A stretch of 64,000 nucleotides of DNA from an uncultured Flavobacteriales bacterium. Its GTDB lineage: Bacteria > Bacteroidota > Bacteroidia > Flavobacteriales_D > CAJJDF01. The stretch is taken from the NCBI GenBank assembly GCA_905182785.1, contig CAJJDF010000015.1, positions 3,555 through 67,554 on the forward strand, written 5' to 3'. Both the position numbers and the translations under genes were made by a program. The notes beneath the pieces were generated by a model that did not search any database, was not told where the DNA came from, and saw only the letters and a program-made list of their open reading frames with translations. This document shows positions 17,269 through 25,364 of the stretch, in pieces. Numbering within the stretch: the first letter of the stretch is position 1; each line of letters starts with the position of its first letter.

Positions 17269-17961
17269 TTATACATCAAAATTGAATCCTTTCTTTTCAA
17301 GGATTTCATACTGTTTTTTATCGAACTGAAATAATTTGGCAGGTCTATGAGAAACATTCTCTTGGAGTTTCCCAGTTTCTTTTAAAAGTTTCATTTGAAG
17401 AATTTTTTTACGAAAATTCCTTGTATCCATTTTAATATCTAAAATAGCTTCATACAAAAGTTTTAGCTCGGTAAGTGTAAATAGTTGTGGCAACAATTCA
17501 AATCCTAAAGGCCTGATTCTAACTGATTTTTGAAGTTTTTGGATAGAACTCAATAGAATTTTATCATGATCAAAAGCAAGTTCGTTTATTTTTTTTATTT
17601 TAAACCACTTAGCTTTCGAGGCAAAAGAAGAAGGATTTAATTCGTAATCGTCAATTTTTATAAGGGTATAATAACCAGTGGTTATTACTCTGCCAAGAGG
17701 GTGTCTTTTAATTTCACCAAAAGTTTCTACTTGTTCGAAGAACAAATCACTCAAACCAGTAAGATCTTTTAAAATATGATTTACAGAGACATTCAAATCT
17801 TCATCAGGTTTCATTAAGTCTCCAGGTAAGGCCCAAAAATTTTTAAAAGGAACTTCACCTCTTTTGATTAATAAGACTTTTAAATCTTTTCCGTCAAAAC
17901 CGAAAACGACACAATCAATTGAGACGGCCAGTGTAAAATATTTTTTTAGGTTTTTTTCCAA
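17269..17961 (-). CDS. Nudix-domain + winged-helix transcription regulator (NrtR/AraR-like), catalytically degenerate
   Basis: 230 aa. The N-terminal Nudix fold has its Nudix box degenerated (GDLMKPDEDLNVSVNHILKDLTG; REUxEE is replaced by NHILKD). The C-terminal ~90 aa (FTLTELKLLYEAILDIKMDTRNFRKKILQ...) resembles the NrtR wHTH. Confidence 0.7.
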   Translation of the reverse strand: MEKNLKKYFTLAVSIDCVVFGFDGKDLKVLLIKRGEVPFKNFWALPGDLMKPDEDLNVSVNHILKDLTGLSDLFFEQVETFGEIKRHPLGRVITTGYYTLIKIDDYELNPSSFASKAKWFKIKKINELAFDHDKILLSSIQKLQKSVRIRPLGFELLPQLFTLTELKLLYEAILDIKMDTRNFRKKILQMKLLKETGKLQENVSHRPAKLFQFDKKQYEILEKKGFNFDV

Positions 17962-18124
17962 GAGTAAATAGTTTAATCAAATTGTAACAATGAATTGCAA
18001 TAGTAGGTTTAATATATAAAACTACAAATTCTAATTTATTATTCAAATTAATAAGTTAATCAATTTGAGAAAATAGGACTTTAGTTTATTGAGCTTTTAA
18101 TTTTTTTTAGTTTACTTCTTTATT

Positions 18125-18165
18125 TTCAAATAACTTATTGTACATTTAACAATAAGTTATTTGAA
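18125..18165. promoter_or_regulatory. perfect 17-bp-arm palindrome; candidate operator
   Basis: Reads TTCAAATAACTTATTGT-acattta-ACAATAAGTTATTTGAA, with a core ACTTATTGT-N7-ACAATAAGT at 18133-18157. It sits in the 317-nt divergent region between the regulator (start 17961) and gap (start 18279). Confidence 0.55.
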
Positions 18166-18242
18166 GAGGCTCCATTATATTTAATCTTTTAATTTGATAA
18201 TAATTGTTCGTCAGATAGTTTAAATTTAAAAGAGAAATATAA

Positions 18243-19274
<1,032 letters not shown>

Positions 19275-19364
19275 TTAACGAAGTTTTTACGAGAATTATT
19301 TAATATATTTTTAGTGTCTTTATTTAGATTAACGGCCATTATTTTTTATATTGTAAAGAGCTAA

Positions 19365-19994
19365 TTATTCAATAGTTTCAATCAAAAACCCACATGGCTC
19401 TTTAGTATTACTATTCTGAAAAGGATTTTTGAATATATTATTTTCTAACGATAACCAATTACCTCCCTTTTTATTGTTGGAACTAGCACAATGTAAAAGA
19501 TAAACAAGGTTTTCTTGTTTACTTGTTTTCATTAGCTCCATTAGGTTCAATGAAAGTTGTGAAACCTGAGACCTTTGCATTTCTAAATTATCTGCAGAAT
19601 TTGCAATATTTATGGCGCTTTTCATGATTAGTCCTCTTCTCGCTTGCCAAGCTTGTTTAGTTTCTTTAGAAAACCCAGTAGTGTCAATTGTGTTGACAGC
19701 TCTATACATTGAACCTGCATAATCTGCCGCTTTATTATTATTATCTAAACTAAGCGCATCTCTCAGTTTAAAATATGAAAAATAGAGTACACTAAATCCA
19801 TTCGCTTTCATTGTGTCTGCCTCTGTAATCGAAGCCATATATGGATGTTCACTTTCATCTCCATGAGAATGAGAGCTATGATCATGGTCTTCGTTTTCAG
19901 TTGTTTCAGCTTTTTTTTGTTCTTTTTGAGTTTTACACTGAATCAATGAAACGGACAGCAATATAATTAGAGTGATTTTATAAATTGACATCAT
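19365..19994 (-). CDS. His-rich lipoprotein (DUF3347-like?), putative metal-binding
   Basis: 209 aa. The lipobox reads LIQC. It is followed by ENEDHDHSSHSHGDESEH and a helical remainder. Confidence 0.45.
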   Translation of the reverse strand: MMSIYKITLIILLSVSLIQCKTQKEQKKAETTENEDHDHSSHSHGDESEHPYMASITEADTMKANGFSVLYFSYFKLRDALSLDNNNKAADYAGSMYRAVNTIDTTGFSKETKQAWQARRGLIMKSAINIANSADNLEMQRSQVSQLSLNLMELMKTSKQENLVYLLHCASSNNKKGGNWLSLENNIFKNPFQNSNTKEPCGFLIETIE

Positions 19995-20047
19995 AGTTTT
20001 TTTATGTAAAGTTTAAGATAAGATTAAAAACAGAAAGTTGAAATAGA

Positions 20048-21013
20048 TCAGTCATAAAAGTGTAAGATTGTCCATAATGCGGCTATTGAAATAAATCCCC
20101 ACAATATAACTCCTTGAATAATTGGTTTTAACCCAGCATTTATTATTAAGCTTCTATTCAATCCACAACCAATTAAAAATAAGGTAAGCGTTAATCCTTT
20201 TTTGGCGATTTCTACAATAATCCCCTTATAATCCTCGATAAATGGGACGTAAGTGCTTAATATAATTGCAAGAATAAATAGAAAGATGAAGTAAGGAATT
20301 TTCACTTTACTTCCTTTTGTTTTGAATATAAATGAGGATAAAAATCCTAGAGGAATTATCCATAAAGCTCTTGCTAATTTTACTGTCGTAGCAATTGTTA
20401 GTGCTTCATCTCCATAAGTACTTGCTGCTCCCACAACAGAGCTTGTGTCGTGAATTGCAATTGCACACCACATACCAAATTGGGTTTGAGACAAACTTAA
20501 TGTTGTTCCAAAGTATGGAAAAACAATAAGCGCAACAGAATTTAGGATAAACACAGTCCCCAAAGCAATGGAAATTTGATTCTCCTTTGCGTTAATAATT
20601 GGTGAAATAGCAGCAATGGCACTTCCTCCACAAATAGCTGTTCCTGCAGAGATAAGGTAGGAAGTTTTTCGTTCAACTTTAAATAATTTACCTAATAGAA
20701 ATCCAAATATTAAGATGCTGACTATGGAAATTACGGTAAATATAAAACCGTCTTTCCCAACCTGAAGTGCAGTAGTCATATTTAATCCAAACCCTAAGCC
20801 AATGACTGATGTTTTTAATAAATAACTACTTGCTTTACTATTTTTACTAGAATAGGGATGGCCAATAAATTGAGCTATTAAAACTCCCATTAATAGAGCA
20901 AGAGCTGGAGTAACATAATTTGTTATACAAAGAATAACCCCCAAAAAAAAAATAATTTTTTTGGGAGTTGATTCTAAAGATAAAAATGTTTCCTTCTTGT
21001 CTTGTTTATTCAA
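20048..21013 (-). CDS. YeiH/UPF0324 family inner-membrane protein (putative sulfate-exporter-family transporter)
   Basis: 321 aa with ~10 TM helices. The motif GTAICGGSAIAA is typical of the YeiH family (from recollection). Confidence 0.65.
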   Translation of the reverse strand: MNKQDKKETFLSLESTPKKIIFFLGVILCITNYVTPALALLMGVLIAQFIGHPYSSKNSKASSYLLKTSVIGLGFGLNMTTALQVGKDGFIFTVISIVSILIFGFLLGKLFKVERKTSYLISAGTAICGGSAIAAISPIINAKENQISIALGTVFILNSVALIVFPYFGTTLSLSQTQFGMWCAIAIHDTSSVVGAASTYGDEALTIATTVKLARALWIIPLGFLSSFIFKTKGSKVKIPYFIFLFILAIILSTYVPFIEDYKGIIVEIAKKGLTLTLFLIGCGLNRSLIINAGLKPIIQGVILWGFISIAALWTILHFYD

Positions 21014-21021
21014 ATTTTTTT

Positions 21022-22146
21022 TTAAACAGGATCTACTCTAACTACTTTATTTGAAGAATAATCTACATACCAAAGTTTTCCGGCTGGGCCAACTTTTATT
21101 CCTTTAATACTCGTAGCTGTTGTTTGAATTCTAGCTAGTTCTTCTTTCGTATCTAAACGATAAGCAATTATTTTATTTGTAGAGTTGTCACTTACAAACA
21201 ATCTATTTCCTATTACTTCAATTCCGCAAGGATCGACTAAATCAGTATCTGCAAACACTTCCCATTCCGGGTTTTCCATTTCTCTTCTTTGTGCAAGTAC
21301 TTCATAAAGAAGAGGTAAATCTCTTTTCTTTGTTCCGGAATTTATTCTCATTCTTAAAATTCTCTTATTTCCAGTGTCAGCAATATATAACCAACCTGAC
21401 TCTTTATCAATCACCATATGACTAGGAACTCCAGCTTTTCTAGAAACAGAGATATCAATGTATCTATCTACCTGACCATCATCATGATTTGAATTACCAG
21501 GACCGTGATCCGATTTAAAATCATATTTCACAATCTGACCAGCATTTCCATCAAAAACCCAAAAAACATTGTCTTTTTCGTGAGCAATTCCCATGCAATA
21601 AGGACTTTCGTGAAGCATATCTAAGTGACTTCCATTTCCTCCAGAAGGACGCGCATAGACACTCATATCGCTTGACCAAAGTGCAGGACCTGTAAAAGGA
21701 GCACCTCCATTATGGTTGGCATCATAAACACCCGGTGAAGTACCAAAATTTTCATTTTCGGGACTAAAAGCAATAGCAGTTGATAAGGACATAAAATGCC
21801 ATGCATTTCCATCTATTCTTCTGTCAGTTACTTGGCTTGTTTGGCCGGCATTACTAATTGTAACAGTAGAACTACCTGAATTTTGAGTTCCTTTATTTAA
21901 TATCCATAATTCATTTTGTCTACTCGCATTTGGATGAAAATCTAAATCTTGAGGAGTAATGACTTGGTCGGTTGCATCTGCTATTACTGTATAGCCCGGA
22001 GTATTTGTAGAGCCTAGAGAGCTATAAAACTGAGTTACGAGGCCAGAGTCTGGAGTACACATTTCTTCTTCTTCTTCAACTTTATCTTTTTTACAGGCTA
22101 CCATAAGTAGAGATAAAGACAAAATACTAAATGCAATTTTTTTCAT
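21022..22146 (-). CDS. lipoprotein, beta-propeller (NHL/SMP-30-like) protein
   Basis: 374 aa. The lipobox reads MVAC. It carries repeated blade-like segments (WLYIADTGNKRILRM, RLFVSDNSTNKIIAY, KLWYVDYSSNKVVRV). Confidence 0.55.
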   Translation of the reverse strand: MKKIAFSILSLSLLMVACKKDKVEEEEEMCTPDSGLVTQFYSSLGSTNTPGYTVIADATDQVITPQDLDFHPNASRQNELWILNKGTQNSGSSTVTISNAGQTSQVTDRRIDGNAWHFMSLSTAIAFSPENENFGTSPGVYDANHNGGAPFTGPALWSSDMSVYARPSGGNGSHLDMLHESPYCMGIAHEKDNVFWVFDGNAGQIVKYDFKSDHGPGNSNHDDGQVDRYIDISVSRKAGVPSHMVIDKESGWLYIADTGNKRILRMRINSGTKKRDLPLLYEVLAQRREMENPEWEVFADTDLVDPCGIEVIGNRLFVSDNSTNKIIAYRLDTKEELARIQTTATSIKGIKVGPAGKLWYVDYSSNKVVRVDPV

Positions 22147-22236
22147 GTTTTAATAATTTTATGTGAAAATAGTTAATAAAAGTTGAAAAATCAACAAACA
22201 GAAGTAACTTCCGCTTAAGCTCTCTAAAAGTAGGAG

Positions 22237-23850
22237 TTAATGTTTTACTATTTTTTTTGTAATTACTCCAATTGAGGTTTCAATTTTGGCAAAATAGATT
22301 CCTTTTTTTAAATGAGAGATGTCTATCTGTGTATTTTCCTTATTCAGGATAAATTGCTGAATTAATTTACCTTGAATATCAAGCACTAAAATTGTAAAGT
22401 TTTTGTCCGGAAGGTTGTTTTTGTCGTGAATTGAGAAGTAATTTCTAGTTGGATTAGGGTAAATAATCAATTCATTATTAATTGTTAATTCATAAACTGA
22501 ATTGATGCTACAAACATTAATAGGCTTGGTTAAAGTATTTCCAATTTTGAGAATTGGGTTTGTGATTCCAGAACCGGAACTTTCACTAGAAGCAGTAGTT
22601 GTTTTTACCGTTAATGGATTTACAACAATTGTAGAGGTTGAATTTTGATGACAACCGCTATTTCCAAGGCTATCTGTTTTTACTAGGTAAATATCATAAT
22701 TCCAAGTGTTAAAACTATTTGTGTAGCCCGCCATGATAAATCCTTTATCGATAGTTTGTTTTATAGATTCACCAAAGTCTATAGAGGTTCCTCCGTATGT
22801 TCTTGTCATTATTGTATCTCCCAAAGAATTTAGTTTTATGAGGTAATAATCTTCAAACCCTTTTCCATAACTTCGGGTGTTGCCAAATACTACAATGTCC
22901 TTATTAGGAAGTTCTAGGATAGATTTCCCAGATTCATTTTCTGACCCACCCATGGCTTTAGACCAGATTAAGTTACCAATAGAATCAATTTTCAGGATAT
23001 AAATATCTCTTTGTCCAGAGCCAAAACTTTCTGTAGAGCCGGATATTACAAATCCACTATCGCTAGTTTCTGTAATTGCGTTTCCAAAATCATTTAAGAG
23101 GCCACCGTAAGCATTTGCCCATTGTAATGCTCCTGAAGCATTAATTTTTATAACATAAACATCTGATACACCCTCGCCAAAGCTAAATGTATTTCCAACT
23201 ATTGCAAATCCACCGTCTTGTGTTTGTACCATATCGTTTGAGCCATCTATTCCGCTCCCTCCGTAAGCTTTTGCCCATAATGTGTCGCCCAACTTATTTA
23301 TTCTTAACACATAAATATCTCTTATTCCTGAGCCATAAGTTTCTGTGTAACCCGATAAAATATAACCACTATCTGCAAGTTGAATTACTTTATAGCTGTA
23401 GTCTGAATTTATTCCACCATAAGTTTTGGTCCAAGCTGTATCTCCAGTTGTAGTAAGTTTAAGTGCAAAAATATCAGAAGATCCAGATCCAAAAGCATGA
23501 GCTTCTCCCACAACCATGTAACCCAAATCAAAAGTTTGAATGACGTTATACGCTTCATTTCCTGCGCCATCTCTATTGCTTGTAATTGTAGTATCTACTG
23601 TTGGTCCATAAGTATTTGCCCACAAAGTATCTCCATTGGCATCTAGTTTTACCACATAATACTCTGCACTGAGTAAACCAGAAACATCATAAGAACCGGC
23701 AAGTATAAAACCACCATCTTTGGTTAAGTCTACAGAATACGCTCTGCTAGCATTCGTACTTTCGTATTTTTTTTGGAATAGCTGTTGGGCGTTAATGTTC
23801 TCTGCTACAAATAATAATAGAACAATAAATAGAGGGTTATATCGATTCAT
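22237..23850 (-). CDS. T9SS-secreted seven-bladed propeller-like repeat protein
   Basis: 537 aa. It has about seven ~50-aa repeats (GDTLWAKAYGGSGxDxxxxVxQTxDGGFxIxGxTxSFGxGxxDxYVIKxxxx) followed by a T9SS C-terminal domain (LIIYPNPTRNYFSI...LDIQGKLI...GIYFAKIETSIG). Confidence 0.65.
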   Translation of the reverse strand: MNRYNPLFIVLLLFVAENINAQQLFQKKYESTNASRAYSVDLTKDGGFILAGSYDVSGLLSAEYYVVKLDANGDTLWANTYGPTVDTTITSNRDGAGNEAYNVIQTFDLGYMVVGEAHAFGSGSSDIFALKLTTTGDTAWTKTYGGINSDYSYKVIQLADSGYILSGYTETYGSGIRDIYVLRINKLGDTLWAKAYGGSGIDGSNDMVQTQDGGFAIVGNTFSFGEGVSDVYVIKINASGALQWANAYGGLLNDFGNAITETSDSGFVISGSTESFGSGQRDIYILKIDSIGNLIWSKAMGGSENESGKSILELPNKDIVVFGNTRSYGKGFEDYYLIKLNSLGDTIMTRTYGGTSIDFGESIKQTIDKGFIMAGYTNSFNTWNYDIYLVKTDSLGNSGCHQNSTSTIVVNPLTVKTTTASSESSGSGITNPILKIGNTLTKPINVCSINSVYELTINNELIIYPNPTRNYFSIHDKNNLPDKNFTILVLDIQGKLIQQFILNKENTQIDISHLKKGIYFAKIETSIGVITKKIVKH

Positions 23851-23942
23851 TTGTTAGCTTATCTATGTTTTGATTCGCTAAGATATAGAATTAATTTCAT
23901 TATTGTTTGAGATAAAACAACTTCAATTTTTTAACTTCAACC

Positions 23943-24623
23943 ATGAAAAAACACTTGGTATTTTTGACAGGCGCTGGAATGAGTGCTGAAAGTGGGATTT
24001 CTACTTTTAGGGACTCTAATGGATTGTGGGAAAATCATGCGATAGAAGACGTGGCAACTCCCGAAGGGTTTGAGAAAAACCCAGCTTTGGTTTTGAAGTT
24101 TTATAATGCCCGTAGAAAACAATTGTTTGAAGTAGAGCCCAATTCAGGACATCAATTAATTGCTGAGCTGGAAAAAGATTATAAAGTTTCTATTGTTACT
24201 CAAAATGTGGACGATTTACATGAGAGATCAGGAAATACTGAAGTTTGGCATTTGCACGGGGAGTTAAGAAAAGTAAGAAGTACACTTCATCCTGATTTAA
24301 TTTATAAGTGGGAAAAAGATTTGAATTTGGGAGATAAATGCGAAAAGGGTTCTCAGCTTAGACCTCACATTGTTTGGTTTGGAGAAGAAGTTCCTTTGAT
24401 GGATAAAGCTATAGGTATTGTAACAAGCGCAGATGTGATTGTAGTGATTGGGACTTCGTTACAAGTTTACCCTGCTGCAGGATTAATGGATTATGCACGA
24501 ACAGAATGCTCTGTTTTTTATATCGACCCTAAGCCGAGTATTCAATCTTCGGGTAGGGTGGAGGTTATTTCAAAAATTGCTTCTAAAGGGATGAAAGAAT
24601 TTATTGAGAACCACCTTCCTTAA
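23943..24623 (+). CDS. cobB: NAD-dependent protein deacylase, Sir2 family
   Basis: 226 aa. Contains GAGMSAESGISTFRD and TQNVDDLHERSG (catalytic His). The usual CxxC...CxxC zinc module is absent; there are only two Cys in the whole protein. Confidence 0.88.
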   Translation: MKKHLVFLTGAGMSAESGISTFRDSNGLWENHAIEDVATPEGFEKNPALVLKFYNARRKQLFEVEPNSGHQLIAELEKDYKVSIVTQNVDDLHERSGNTEVWHLHGELRKVRSTLHPDLIYKWEKDLNLGDKCEKGSQLRPHIVWFGEEVPLMDKAIGIVTSADVIVVIGTSLQVYPAAGLMDYARTECSVFYIDPKPSIQSSGRVEVISKIASKGMKEFIENHLP

Positions 24624-24644
24624 TTTTTTAGTTAACTTTATTTC

Positions 24645-25337
24645 ATGGCAAACGAAAAATATAAAATTATAGACGGACACAAACACATTTTGTATTCCGA
24701 TTATTTAAAAGTGAAAAATATTGAAGAAAAATCAGAATCTTTTTTTCAAGAAATGGATTGGAGAAGAAGTGTGAGAGATTTTTCTGATAAGCCAGTTCCT
24801 AAGTCTGTGATAGAAAACATTATAAAAACAGCTTCTACTGCTCCAAGTGGAGCTCATAAACAACCTTGGTTTTTTTGTGTGATAGAATCTGCAGAGTTGA
24901 AATCACAAATAAGAAAAGCAGCCGAAGAGGAAGAAAGAAAAAGTTATGAAGGAAGAATGAGTAAAGAATGGCTTAATGATTTAAAACCTTTGGGAACTAA
25001 TCATTCTAAACCTTTTTTGGAGATTGCTCCTTATTTGATAATTGTGTTCAAAAAGCCTTATGATTTAAGCAAGGAAGAAGAAAAACTACAAAATTATTAC
25101 GTGAATGAATCCGTAGGAATAGCTTGCGGAATGTTGATTACAGCAATTCATCAAGCTGGTCTAGTCACTTTGACTCACACTCCAAGCCCTATGAATTTTT
25201 TGACAAAATTATTGGAAAGGCCAAGTAATGAAAGAGCTTTTTTACTCTTGCCAGTTGGATATCCCGTTACCGAAGCGTATGTTCCAGATATTGAAAGGAA
25301 AAATTTAGATGAGGTTTCTAAATTTTATTCTAAATAA
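24645..25337 (+). CDS. nitroreductase-superfamily flavoprotein, iodotyrosine deiodinase (IYD)-like
   Basis: 230 aa. RRSVRDFSDKPVP, APSGAHKQPW and the segment EEEERKSYEGRMSKEWLNDLKPL followed by ...YYVNESVGIACGMLITAIHQAGLVTLTHTP...LLLPVGYP...VPDIERK are collinear with my recollection of animal IYD. Confidence 0.75.
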   Translation: MANEKYKIIDGHKHILYSDYLKVKNIEEKSESFFQEMDWRRSVRDFSDKPVPKSVIENIIKTASTAPSGAHKQPWFFCVIESAELKSQIRKAAEEEERKSYEGRMSKEWLNDLKPLGTNHSKPFLEIAPYLIIVFKKPYDLSKEEEKLQNYYVNESVGIACGMLITAIHQAGLVTLTHTPSPMNFLTKLLERPSNERAFLLLPVGYPVTEAYVPDIERKNLDEVSKFYSK

Positions 25338-25364
25338 AAGGGCAAAAACTGAACATTTACTTTA

